Positions 9,654 to 19,197 of a DNA stretch of 28,149 bases are shown in pieces. Source of the stretch: Mesotaenium endlicherianum (taxonomy: Eukaryota). Both the position numbers and the translations under genes were made by a program. The notes under the pieces are model-generated. The model was not told the origin of the DNA. It saw only the letters and a list, made by a program, of their open reading frames with translations, and made no database searches. How positions within the stretch are numbered: position 1 is the stretch's first letter; each line of letters opens with the position of its first letter. The stretch lies in the NCBI GenBank assembly GCA_009602735.1, contig WELA01001485.1, positions 186,001-214,149 on the forward strand, given 5' to 3'.

Positions 9654-11648
9654 TCAAACAGAAGAAGACCTTCTGTCAACACGCTGCAACGGCAGGTATA
9701 CTTTGGGGTTGATGAGTAACGGCACGTTTTCAATAACAGTAGATGCATTGTCGAGGCCGAATGCTTTCTGGTCTGACTGTGCCCAGTTCTTGATGGCAAA
9801 ATAGGAATCCATGATGAATCCTTCCTTGAACGAAAGCTCGTTCTCCACCGAGAGGAACGATTCTATGATCACAAAACGTATGTCGGCATGGAAAGTTTCT
9901 CTTTGCAGGCTCTCGTATTTATTGATCACACATATTTCTCCCCTGTTAAACATTTCCTGCACCACTTTCTTGAACAACAGGTTGATGCGGGGCTGTACAC
10001 GGAAGCCCAGCTTAAAGTCGATCCGTATCACTTTCCCTTTCACGAGTTCTTTGGTAGAATACTCCATGGTAAAAGGAGCATCGGCCCTGTCGATATGTAT
10101 AAACCAGTAAACTTCGGCCCGCTTGGCCCTGCGGTGCAGGATGGAATGCATGATCCTTTTTTCAATTTCTCCATCGTAATCAGCCTTGGTAAGGTAAACC
10201 AGGTGCGTGGCGTATTTGGGGAAATTCGTATCCTCGCTGAGTTCTATCAATCGTGGGAGATAATCCGAGAACTTCACGAACTGTAAATAGCGATTGGTGA
10301 TCTTGCGGGCCCGGAACCATATTACCATGATGAAAGTGAGTCCGAATTCAAAGAAAAGGAACATCCACCTTTGCTTGATCTTGGCCACATTGGCAATGAA
10401 GAAAGCCACTTCCACGGTAATGAACACCATCATAATAAGGGTGATCAATGCAAGATTCCATTTGCGCACCCTGTGCATGTACACATACATCAGCGTGGTG
10501 GTCATCAGCATGGCAATAACAATGGAGAAGCCATAAGCCGCTTCCATATGACCGCTCTCCCGGAAATACAACATCATGGCTATACATCCGATCCATAATA
10601 TGATATTCAGGCTGGGAATATAGATCTGCCCTTTGATGTCGGTGGGGAATTTAATGGTAACCCTCGGCCAGAAGTTCATGCTGATGGCTTCACTGATAAG
10701 TGTAAATGACCCACTGATCAAAGCCTGGCTGGCAATGATAGTGGCCATCGTGGCAATGATGATACCCACAAGCAGGAACCAGTGTGGCATCAGCTCATAA
10801 AAAGGATTCAAATCGCCCAGCGATTTACTGTGCTGCAACAGCAACCAGGCGCCTTGCCCCATATAATTGATGATGAGGGCGAATTTCACAAATATCCAGC
10901 TCACCTGGATATTCCTGCGTCCGCAGTGTCCTAGGTCACTGTACAACGCTTCTGCTCCTGTTGTACAAAGGAAAACAGCGCCCAGTATCCAGAAACCTTT
11001 GGGATAGTTGACCAGCAGCTCAATGCCATAATAAGGGTTGATGGCCTTAAGAATTTCAGGCATGTGCGCAATCTGCGCAGCCCCTAATATCATGATCATG
11101 GTAAACCAGATGAGCATAATAGGGCCAAAAGAAAAGCCCACTACTTTGGTACCGAACCGCTGGAAAAAGAACAGTAGGGAGATGATACCGATCACAATAC
11201 CTACCGTAAGGTTATTGCCGGGAACAATGATAGTTTCCAAACCTTTTACACCACCCAATCCTTCAATGGCCGAAGCCACGGAAATGGGTGGGGTGATGAT
11301 GCCATCGGCCAGCAGGGTGGCAGCACCGATGATGGCCGGCACATACAACCATTTGGCATACCGGCGAACCAATGCATACAGGGAAAATATTCCTCCCTCA
11401 CCCTTGTTATCTGCTCTCAGCGTAAGGAATACATACTTAAAAGTAGTTTGCAGGGTCAGTGTCCACACCACACAGGATATTCCACCATATACCAGCTCTT
11501 CCGTAATGGGCCGTTCGCCGATGATGGAGCGGAATACATATAAAGGAGAAGTTCCGATATCACCATAAATGATACCCAGCGTTACCAATAAGCCCGCAAA
11601 ACTTAATTTGCTCAAATAATTATGACCAGCCGAAGAAGAGGTAGGCAT
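9654..11648 (-). CDS. kup: KUP/HAK/KT family K+ transporter
   Basis: LGIIYGDIGTSPLY, ADNKGEGGIFSLY, DGIITPPISV, TGAEALYSDLGH, IIASQALISG, GQIYIP. Confidence 0.97.
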   Translation of the reverse strand: MPTSSSAGHNYLSKLSFAGLLVTLGIIYGDIGTSPLYVFRSIIGERPITEELVYGGISCVVWTLTLQTTFKYVFLTLRADNKGEGGIFSLYALVRRYAKWLYVPAIIGAATLLADGIITPPISVASAIEGLGGVKGLETIIVPGNNLTVGIVIGIISLLFFFQRFGTKVVGFSFGPIMLIWFTMIMILGAAQIAHMPEILKAINPYYGIELLVNYPKGFWILGAVFLCTTGAEALYSDLGHCGRRNIQVSWIFVKFALIINYMGQGAWLLLQHSKSLGDLNPFYELMPHWFLLVGIIIATMATIIASQALISGSFTLISEAISMNFWPRVTIKFPTDIKGQIYIPSLNIILWIGCIAMMLYFRESGHMEAAYGFSIVIAMLMTTTLMYVYMHRVRKWNLALITLIMMVFITVEVAFFIANVAKIKQRWMFLFFEFGLTFIMVIWFRARKITNRYLQFVKFSDYLPRLIELSEDTNFPKYATHLVYLTKADYDGEIEKRIMHSILHRRAKRAEVYWFIHIDRADAPFTMEYSTKELVKGKVIRIDFKLGFRVQPRINLLFKKVVQEMFNRGEICVINKYESLQRETFHADIRFVIIESFLSVENELSFKEGFIMDSYFAIKNWAQSDQKAFGLDNASTVIENVPLLINPKVYLPLQRVDRRSSSV

Positions 11649-11866
11649 GATGAGTCAGAGTGGTTTGGTTTATGATTAAATACAAAATAAGTAAAAAAGG
11701 ATATCGGAAAGATGGCTGGCAATCATAGCAATTATCAAGGGTCAAAACTATTTTCTAAATCAGCACCTGTAAGGTTTTTACCAAAATATTAATCGACATT
11801 TAAGTAATAACAATTGTTCGTTTTACCTTTCGGGTCCAAATCCCTTCATCCTGTTATCTTTATCGC

Positions 11867-14800
11867 ATGTCAGCACACCAGCACTTTACGAACCTGTTCA
11901 CCGATATTTACGGCTCGCTCAACGAGCAGCAAAAAAAAGCTGTAGATACCATTGAAGGTCCTGTGATGGTGATTGCCGGTCCGGGTACAGGTAAAACTCA
12001 GATACTGGCGGCCCGCATTGGAAAGATCCTAATGGATACCGATGTTTTACCCGAAAATATCCTCTGCCTTACCTATACCGATGCCGGCGTAGTAGCCATG
12101 CGCAAAAGACTGGTTGGCTTCATGGGTCCCGATGCGTATAAAGTGAATATCTATACTTTTCATGCCTTCTGCAACGACATCATCCAGGAAAACCTCTCCC
12201 TCTTCGAAAAAACAGCCCTGGACCCCATTTCAGCGCTTGAAAGCATCGAGTTATTCAAAACGCTGATCGACAACTTTCCCAAAAACCATCCTTTAAAACG
12301 TTACCGGGGCGATGTTTATTTTGAAGTCAGGAACCTGCAATCACTCTTCAGCACCATGAAACGCGAAGGGTGGACGCCGGGGTATATTTCGTCTCAGATC
12401 GATGCCTATCTCAAAGACTTACCCAACCGGCAGGATTATATCTACCAGCGCAATGGCAAAAATTATAAGGCCGGCGATCTGAAGACGGCCCGCATAGAAG
12501 AAGAAACGGAGAAGATGGAAAAGCTGCGTGCTGCTGTTAACGAATTCAACCGTTTCCAGGAGATGATGCTCAGGAAGAACCGTTACGATTTCGACGATAT
12601 GATCAATTGGGTGATACGGGCCTTTAACGAAGAGAAGCACTTGCTGGCCCGCTACCAGGAACAATACCAGTATATATTGGTTGATGAATACCAGGATACC
12701 AGCGGTACGCAGAACAGGCTGGTGGAACTGCTCATCAGTTATTGGGATAAGCCCAATGTATTCGTGGTGGGCGATGATGACCAAAGCATCTATCGCTTCC
12801 AGGGAGCCAACGTGGAGAATATGCTCCATTTCGCCAACCAGTACCGCGAGCACCTGCGAACAGTGGTGCTAACCAACAACTACCGTTCAACCCAACCCAT
12901 CCTTGATGCTTCCAAAACACTGATCGACCGGAACAGTGAAAGGCTGGTGAATAAAATAGAGGGGCTTTCCAAAACATTACTTGCTTCTAATGCTGCTATC
13001 GCCCAACTGGATCACCAGCCAGAACTAAGGGTCTATGAAACGCAACAGGATGAAATGATCGATATCACCCTGCACGTGTCTCATCTATTAGAACAAGGCA
13101 TTCAGCCGGGAGCCATCGGTATCATTTATAAAGAAAACAAATACGGTGAAGAGCTGACGCAATATTTCAGGCAGCAAAACATTCCTGTGTACAGCAAACG
13201 CAGGCTGAACATATTGGAATTGCCCCTGGCCAGGAAGATCATCTTATTGCTCAAATACCTGGCGGCTGAACACGATACTCCTTATGGTGGTAATGAAATG
13301 TTGTTTGAGATCCTGCATTTCGACTGGTTCGGTATCGCACCGCTCGACATTGCCCGGCTGAGCATTGAAGTGGCTGAACGGAAATTTGGAAAAGATAAAA
13401 CATCTATCAGGCAATTATTGCATGACAAAATTAACCAACCTCCACAGGATCTCTTCAGTCAGCCTGTTCCTGCAGCATTGAAAAATGCCGGGCTCATGCT
13501 TGAATCACTGATTGCCGATGTGCCCAATGTTACCCTGCAAAACCTTTTTGAAAACTGTATCCGCAAAGCAGGGGTATTGAACTTCATCATGCAGCAGCCC
13601 GATAAACACTGGCACCTGCAGGTACTCACCGGCCTCTTCAATTTTATAAAAGAAGAGACGCGGCGTAATCCTTTGCTTTCACTGGAAACACTGGTGAACA
13701 ATATAGCATTGATGGAGAAAGAAGCCATCAGCCTTCCGTTGGTACAGGTAAGCGGTACCGATAAAGGTGTTAACCTCATGACGGCACACGGTTCAAAGGG
13801 ATTGGAATTTGAGCATGTATTCTTTGCAGGTTGCAATGCCAGTAACTGGGAAAAGAAACGCAAGCCGGGCGGTGGATACAGTTTCCCGGATACACTCTTT
13901 ATTTCCCAACCTGCACATAAGGAAGAGGAAGAATTGCGCCGCCTGTTTTATGTGGCCCTTACACGCGCCGAAGAACACCTCGTTATTTCTTATGCCCGGT
14001 TCAAAGACGATGGCAAAGAGTTGGAGCCTTCCATGTTCATTGCCGAGATACAGGAAAAACATGCATTGCCTGCCATGACGGTATTGGTTGATGAGGAAAC
14101 CCGCAGCAGATTTGCCGCACTGACTTTCCAAACCGCTTCGGCTCCGGAGATCGACCCCATGGAAGCCGATGTGGTTACACACCTGCTCGACAGGTTTGTG
14201 ATGAATGTGACCGCTTTGAACAATTACTTGAAATGCCCATTGCAATTCTATTTCAACAACCTGGTTCGTGTTCCTTCGGGCAAATCGGAAGCCACCGAAT
14301 TCGGTTCCGCCGTTCACGATGCCCTGCACAAGCTCTTTAGCAAAATGAAGGACACCAATGCCTTCCCGCCGAAAAGTACTTTCATTGAAGACTTTGAAAA
14401 ATACATGCACCGGCACCGTGAGAGTTTTACCAAAGAGCAGTTTGCAAGAAGAAAAGAATATGGGCAGGAAGTGTTGTCTAATTATTACGATCAATATGTT
14501 GATACCTGGAATAAGATCGTGGTAGTGGAAACCAGCATCCGGAATGTGGTAGTAAAAAATGTTCCGCTCAAGGGCAAGATAGACAAACTGGAGTTCGACG
14601 GTAAAAATGTAAATGTGGTGGATTACAAAACCGGTGATATTGAAAATGCAAGAGATAAGTTGAAACCGCCGCACGATAAAAATCCCAACGGGGGCGATTA
14701 CTGGCGGCAGGCAGTATTCTACAAGATACTGATAGATAATATGGAGCAGAAGAACTGGAATGTGGTAAGCGCCGAATTCGATTTTGTGGAGCCCGACAAA

Positions 14801-15010
14801 AAGAAGCAGTACCGCAAGGAAAAGATCGTTATTAAGCCGGAAGATATTACCACTGTTATGCAGCAGATCAGCTCTGTATGGCAGAAGATACAGGATCGTG
14901 AGTTCTATACCGGTTGCGGCAAGGCCGATTGTCACTGGTGTAATTTTGTTAAAACCAATAACCTGGCCGTATCACTCCACAATCTTAACGAAGAAGAAGA
15001 CAACGATTAA
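11867..15010 (+). CDS. UvrD/Rep-family SF1 helicase with C-terminal RecB-family PD-(D/E)XK nuclease
   Basis: Helicase motifs AGPGTGKT, LVDEYQD, VGDDDQSIYRFQGA, NYRS, TAHGSKGLEF and RRLFYVALTRA. Nuclease motifs GKIDKLE, VDYKTG and Q..FY. Confidence 0.93.
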   Translation: MSAHQHFTNLFTDIYGSLNEQQKKAVDTIEGPVMVIAGPGTGKTQILAARIGKILMDTDVLPENILCLTYTDAGVVAMRKRLVGFMGPDAYKVNIYTFHAFCNDIIQENLSLFEKTALDPISALESIELFKTLIDNFPKNHPLKRYRGDVYFEVRNLQSLFSTMKREGWTPGYISSQIDAYLKDLPNRQDYIYQRNGKNYKAGDLKTARIEEETEKMEKLRAAVNEFNRFQEMMLRKNRYDFDDMINWVIRAFNEEKHLLARYQEQYQYILVDEYQDTSGTQNRLVELLISYWDKPNVFVVGDDDQSIYRFQGANVENMLHFANQYREHLRTVVLTNNYRSTQPILDASKTLIDRNSERLVNKIEGLSKTLLASNAAIAQLDHQPELRVYETQQDEMIDITLHVSHLLEQGIQPGAIGIIYKENKYGEELTQYFRQQNIPVYSKRRLNILELPLARKIILLLKYLAAEHDTPYGGNEMLFEILHFDWFGIAPLDIARLSIEVAERKFGKDKTSIRQLLHDKINQPPQDLFSQPVPAALKNAGLMLESLIADVPNVTLQNLFENCIRKAGVLNFIMQQPDKHWHLQVLTGLFNFIKEETRRNPLLSLETLVNNIALMEKEAISLPLVQVSGTDKGVNLMTAHGSKGLEFEHVFFAGCNASNWEKKRKPGGGYSFPDTLFISQPAHKEEEELRRLFYVALTRAEEHLVISYARFKDDGKELEPSMFIAEIQEKHALPAMTVLVDEETRSRFAALTFQTASAPEIDPMEADVVTHLLDRFVMNVTALNNYLKCPLQFYFNNLVRVPSGKSEATEFGSAVHDALHKLFSKMKDTNAFPPKSTFIEDFEKYMHRHRESFTKEQFARRKEYGQEVLSNYYDQYVDTWNKIVVVETSIRNVVVKNVPLKGKIDKLEFDGKNVNVVDYKTGDIENARDKLKPPHDKNPNGGDYWRQAVFYKILIDNMEQKNWNVVSAEFDFVEPDKKKQYRKEKIVIKPEDITTVMQQISSVWQKIQDREFYTGCGKADCHWCNFVKTNNLAVSLHNLNEEEDND

Positions 15011-15022
15011 TTTCAAACAATA

Positions 15023-15030
15023 TAAGTTTG
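15023..15030 (+). promoter_or_regulatory. Bacteroidota -7 promoter element TAAGTTTG
   Basis: Exact TAnnTTTG match in the intergenic gap before the lipoprotein gene. Confidence 0.6.
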
Positions 15031-15049
15031 CACCTGATCAATGATCCAG

Positions 15050-16465
15050 ATGAAGCATACGGTATCCTTTTTTATCGCTGTCCTGTCGGCCTCCATCGCC
15101 ACACTGGCGCTGCATTCCTGTGCCAATATCATTCCGCCGGGCGGAGGGCCTAAAGACAGCCTGCCTCCCCGGCTGGCCCTGGCATCGCCCAGGGATTCAT
15201 CCCTCAATATCCCGCTGACCACTAAAAACATCGTACTCACTTTCGATGAGTTCGTGCAGTTGCAGAACATACAGGAAAACCTCATTGTTTCCCCCACGCT
15301 TAAAAATATTCCAACGGTAGACGCACACTTGCGCAACGTAACGGTGCGTCTTAGAGACACCCTGGAACCCAACACCACGTACACACTCAATTTTGGCGAT
15401 GCCGTCAAAGATGTAAATGAAGGAAATGTGGCAAAAGGTTTCAGCTATGTTTTTTCTACGGGAAAAAACATCGACCATTTTACTTACAGAGGCAAAGTGT
15501 TTTTAGCAGAAACAGGTAAGGCAGACAGTACATTGATTGTTGTACTGCACAACAACCTGTCAGACACAGCCATTTCGAAAGATCGTCCGCGTTATTATGC
15601 ACGCATCAACGGAAAGGGAGATTTTGTATTTCGCAACCTTCCAGCCGCTACTTTCAACGCCTATGTAGTACCCAACGATTATACCAAGCGATACGACGAC
15701 AGCACAAAATTGTTTGCTTTCCTGGATTCATCCGTAACAGTAGGCGCCAGCACCAGGATAGATACTTTTTATGCTTTTCAACAAGTAAAAAAGAAAGAAA
15801 AAGCTACGACTGTTCCTAAAAACACTGCTGCACCCAACAAAACCAAAGAAGATAATAAGCTCAAATTGTTTGCCGGTTCATTGGAAGGTGGCAGTCAGGA
15901 CCTGTTGAGTGATCTTCAATTGAATACCAACCATAAGCTGGCAACGATCGACAGTACGAAGATACTTTTATGCGATACCAATTACCAGGTGGTAAAAGGT
16001 TATACCCTTTCGCTAGACACCAGTAAGACCAGGATCCGTCTCCGGTACGATTGGAAGGAAAACGTTCCCTTCAGGCTGGTCATTGCCAAAGACGCGATGA
16101 CCGATACGGCCGGGAATATGCGGGCCAAAGCAGATACCATCCGCTTTTATACAGAAAAAGAATCCAGCTATGGGAGTCTTTTCCTTCAATTCAAAAACCT
16201 TAACCTGCAGCTGAACCCGGTATTGCAATTTGTACAGAACGACCGCATTGTGGAGTCGGTAGTGTTGACCTCGCCGGAATTCAAACGTAAGCTTTTCAAA
16301 CCTGGTAATTACGAGTTGCGCGTGCTGTACGATGCCAACCAGAATGGTGTATGGGATACCGGAAGGTTCCCTGGCAACCGCAAGCAGCCGGAACGCGTGC
16401 AGTCCATTCCAACCCAATTGAACATCAGAGGCAACTGGGATAACCAGGTATCGGTGAATCTCTGA
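15050..16465 (+). CDS. Lipoprotein with N-terminal bacterial Ig-like domain
   Basis: Lipobox LHSC followed by A...P.GGPKD..PP, FDEFV and LEPNTTYTLNFGDAVKDVNEGN; C-terminal DANQNGVWDTG...QPE. The start could also be 15041. Confidence 0.85.
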   Translation: MKHTVSFFIAVLSASIATLALHSCANIIPPGGGPKDSLPPRLALASPRDSSLNIPLTTKNIVLTFDEFVQLQNIQENLIVSPTLKNIPTVDAHLRNVTVRLRDTLEPNTTYTLNFGDAVKDVNEGNVAKGFSYVFSTGKNIDHFTYRGKVFLAETGKADSTLIVVLHNNLSDTAISKDRPRYYARINGKGDFVFRNLPAATFNAYVVPNDYTKRYDDSTKLFAFLDSSVTVGASTRIDTFYAFQQVKKKEKATTVPKNTAAPNKTKEDNKLKLFAGSLEGGSQDLLSDLQLNTNHKLATIDSTKILLCDTNYQVVKGYTLSLDTSKTRIRLRYDWKENVPFRLVIAKDAMTDTAGNMRAKADTIRFYTEKESSYGSLFLQFKNLNLQLNPVLQFVQNDRIVESVVLTSPEFKRKLFKPGNYELRVLYDANQNGVWDTGRFPGNRKQPERVQSIPTQLNIRGNWDNQVSVNL

Positions 16466-16470
16466 TGATG

Positions 16471-16478
16471 TATCTTTG
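16471..16478 (+). promoter_or_regulatory. -7 promoter element TATCTTTG of recR
   Basis: Exact TAnnTTTG match, ending 5 nt before the recR ATG. Confidence 0.65.
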
Positions 16479-16483
16479 CAGGT

Positions 16484-17098
16484 ATGCAGCTTCCTTCCGC
16501 TTTATTAGAAAATGCAGTGGCGCAGTTTGCCAAATTGCCGGGCATCGGCAAAAAAACAGCGTTGCGGCTGGTCCTGCACCTGCTCAAACAGGAAGTGAAC
16601 GAAGTACAACATTTTGGAGAGACCATCGCCCGCATGCGGCGCGACATTAAATTCTGCCAGCGTTGCTTCAACATCAGCGATGGCGATATCTGTGCCATCT
16701 GTTCCAATTCCATGCGCAACCAGCGCATGATCTGCGTGGTGGAAAACATCCGCGACGTCATTGCCATTGAAAGCACCCAACAATTCAACGGCGCCTATCA
16801 TGTACTGGGTGGCGTTATTTCCCCGCTCGACGGTGTTGGTCCCGATCAGTTGAACATCAGCGCCCTCACACACCGTATTGAAAAAGAAGAAACAGAAGAG
16901 CTGGTATTCGCGTTAAGTCCGAATATACAGGGCGATACCACCATTTATTATATCCAGAAAAAAATAACCCACCTCCCCTGCCGCGTTACCACCATTGCCC
17001 GTGGCATTGCTTTTGGCGGCGAACTGGAATATGCCGATGAGATGACATTGGCGCGCAGCATCGCCAACAGGCTGCCGGTACAGCAGTATGTAAAGTAA
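16484..17098 (+). CDS. recR: Recombination mediator RecR
   Basis: LPGIGKKTALRL (HhH), a C4 zinc finger (CQRC...CAIC), ICVVE, YHVLGGVISPLDGVGP and GELEYADEMTL. Confidence 0.98.
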   Translation: MQLPSALLENAVAQFAKLPGIGKKTALRLVLHLLKQEVNEVQHFGETIARMRRDIKFCQRCFNISDGDICAICSNSMRNQRMICVVENIRDVIAIESTQQFNGAYHVLGGVISPLDGVGPDQLNISALTHRIEKEETEELVFALSPNIQGDTTIYYIQKKITHLPCRVTTIARGIAFGGELEYADEMTLARSIANRLPVQQYVK

Positions 17099-17197
17099 AA
17101 TAGTTCGGCAAGCAACCTTTCGTTACCCATTACCGTAATAGTATATAATTAATGCATAACATTGAATAATTTGCATATCAACCGCAAATTCAATTTT

Positions 17198-17614
17198 ATG
17201 AAAAGATGGATTCGGATCATTTTGGCAATTGCTGTGGCATGTGCTGTAACCGGCGGCATCATTGCCTATCGTATTTTCAACAAACCCCACAGGGATGTTA
17301 CACAGGAAACCGGCGTAGCGCTTACCGCACAGCAGCTTTATGACGCTTTCAAGACCAACGAGCAGGCGGCCAATCAAAAGTACCTCGACAAAGCCATCCA
17401 GCTTACCGGAGAGATTGCCGATATCAGCAAAAACCAGGAAGGTAATATTGTCGTAAATTTTAAGACCAATGACCCGCTTGTTATGATCAATTGTACTTTC
17501 AAAACCAACCCCGGCGAGTTAAAACCGGGGCAGAACATCACTTTCAAAGGCATCTGCACCGGGTATATCCCCGATGCCAACGTTGTTATCAATGAAGGCG
17601 TTTTAGCAAAATAA
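17198..17614 (+). CDS. Membrane-anchored OB-fold protein (tRNA_anti-like)
   Basis: N-terminal TM; A..LY..F..NE..AN.KYLDK.I...G and G..IT.KG.C.GY patterns. ATG 17198 was chosen as start. Confidence 0.75.
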   Translation: MKRWIRIILAIAVACAVTGGIIAYRIFNKPHRDVTQETGVALTAQQLYDAFKTNEQAANQKYLDKAIQLTGEIADISKNQEGNIVVNFKTNDPLVMINCTFKTNPGELKPGQNITFKGICTGYIPDANVVINEGVLAK

Positions 17615-17621
17615 ACAACCT

Positions 17622-18146
17622 ATGAAGCAAATCATTACCATCCTCCTCCTTGCACTGGCAATGACCGGCGATCTGCATGCACAAAAAATATTCGGCACAA
17701 GGAATGGAAAGATCGGTTTTATTTCACCTACGGATGACGATGTGAAAGCCGTAAACAACGAAGTCTCCAGCAGGATATCTGACAATGGACAGATCACTTT
17801 CAGCCTGCTCATCAAAGGGTTTCGTTTCAAATACGCAGAAATGCAGGACCACTTCAATGACCAGTACCTGGAAAGCACCAAATTTCCAAGGGCCGATTTC
17901 AAAGGCATGATCACCAACCTGGGCGATATCAACTTTTCGAAAGATGGTACTTATAAAGCCATTGTAAAGGGCGATCTGCTCATGCACGGCGTTACCAAAA
18001 ACGTTCTGGTGAATGGTGTGATTGAAATCAAAGGGGGTAAACCTTCGGTTAAAGCCTCTTTTGTGATTGTGATGAAAGATTTTAAAATAGACGCGGCCAA
18101 TGTAACCGATAAGGTAACAATCGAAATCAATTGCCAGTACCAATAA
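17622..18146 (+). CDS. YceI-family periplasmic lipid/polyisoprenoid-binding protein
   Basis: Signal peptide, MQDHFNDQYLESTKFPRADFKG and GDLLMHGVTK. Confidence 0.9.
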   Translation: MKQIITILLLALAMTGDLHAQKIFGTRNGKIGFISPTDDDVKAVNNEVSSRISDNGQITFSLLIKGFRFKYAEMQDHFNDQYLESTKFPRADFKGMITNLGDINFSKDGTYKAIVKGDLLMHGVTKNVLVNGVIEIKGGKPSVKASFVIVMKDFKIDAANVTDKVTIEINCQYQ

Positions 18147-18175
18147 ACATCATTGTGATATAATAAACCATCTTT

Positions 18176-19096
18176 ATGTACCGCTCCTATAAGAAACTTG
18201 CTGTGCTGATCACTTGCTGCTTGACCGCCTCATTGTTGCAGGCGCAACAGGTAGATCTTTTTAAAATGCAGGACAGCGCCAATAAAGCAACCGACAAAAC
18301 CATTACTGCCGGACCTGTGATCAATACTTTTTATTCTACACGACTGGTAAATGCGCATACGGTAGAAATCACGGGTCCTGGAAGTATGGACTTTCGCATC
18401 AATCACCGTTTTTCGCCGGTGAACCAGGGCCTGTATGAATTATTCGGTCTCGACGGCGCCTCGTTTCGTTTTGGGTTCGACTTTGGTATTGCCAAAGACC
18501 TGATGATCGGTGTGGGCCGTACTACATATAACAAAGAATACGACGGGTTTATCAAATACCGGCTCATGCACCAGAGCACCGGAGCAGGCGCCATGCCTTT
18601 ATCCATTGCAGTACTCGGATCGGCCATGTACAAGACCATTGATTTGGATACCAGTCTGAAAGCAACCGCCACTGACCGGCTCACTTATGTGCTACAGCTG
18701 ATGATCGCCCGCAAATTTAATGAACATACCTCTGTTCAGATATCGCCCACCCTCACACATTACAACCGGATCATCGGCTTCACCGGCGGATCTTCCGATA
18801 TGCTTTCCATAGGTTTTCTCGCCCGGCAGAAAGTGAGCAAACGCATCAGTATCAATGCTGAATATTTCTGGCAGGCGAATCGCTTCAACGGCACATATGA
18901 CCCGCTTTCCATTGGTGTGGATATTCAAACGGGCGGGCATGTTTTCCAGCTTCATTTTACCAATTCCATTGGCATGAACGAACATGCGTTCATCCACGAA
19001 ACCACTGGCTCATGGGGCAATGGAGCCGTTCGCTGGGGCTTTAATATATCCCGTATCTTCAATATCAGCTCGAAGAACAAGAAAGGGAATTGGTAA
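18176..19096 (+). CDS. Outer-membrane beta-barrel protein (DUF5777-like)
   Basis: Signal peptide ending LQA|Q; F.STRLVN, F.INHRF, LFGLD, IQTGGHVFQLHFTN and GFNISR.F motifs. Confidence 0.8.
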   Translation: MYRSYKKLAVLITCCLTASLLQAQQVDLFKMQDSANKATDKTITAGPVINTFYSTRLVNAHTVEITGPGSMDFRINHRFSPVNQGLYELFGLDGASFRFGFDFGIAKDLMIGVGRTTYNKEYDGFIKYRLMHQSTGAGAMPLSIAVLGSAMYKTIDLDTSLKATATDRLTYVLQLMIARKFNEHTSVQISPTLTHYNRIIGFTGGSSDMLSIGFLARQKVSKRISINAEYFWQANRFNGTYDPLSIGVDIQTGGHVFQLHFTNSIGMNEHAFIHETTGSWGNGAVRWGFNISRIFNISSKNKKGNW

Positions 19097-19110
19097 TCCA
19101 TTCCCTTTTT
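19082..19110 (+). terminator. Intrinsic terminator overlapping the stop of the beta-barrel gene
   Basis: AAAGGGAAT (19082-19090) pairs with ATTCCCTTT (19100-19108), and the T run extends to 19110. Confidence 0.6.
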
Positions 19111-19113
19111 CCT

Positions 19114-19121
19114 TAACTTTG
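19114..19121 (+). promoter_or_regulatory. -7 promoter element TAACTTTG of the metH leader
   Basis: Exact TAnnTTTG match that places the TSS just before the riboswitch P1 stem. Confidence 0.7.
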
Positions 19122-19128
19122 CACTGCC

Positions 19129-19197
19129 TCAGGCGGATTTGTTTATTGTTCAGCCTGGCGTTCCGCATTATTGCGGAATCAATTGAACTAATAAACG
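19129..19197 (+). ncRNA. SAM-II-class riboswitch aptamer (long-loop variant)
   Basis: P1 is CAGGC 19130-34 with GCCTG 19153-57, and L1 contains GATTT. Pseudoknot GTTTATTGTTCA (19141-52) pairs with TGAAC-T-AATAAAC (19184-96), with the bulged U of CUAA. An extra hairpin occupies 19161-78. It lies upstream of methionine synthase. Confidence 0.82.

Noticed and set aside
13793..14935. 380-aa antisense ORF, plus similar long antisense ORFs in kdpB, metH and kup
   Set aside because: They lie entirely opposite well-conserved genes and have no motifs, which is typical of shadow ORFs.
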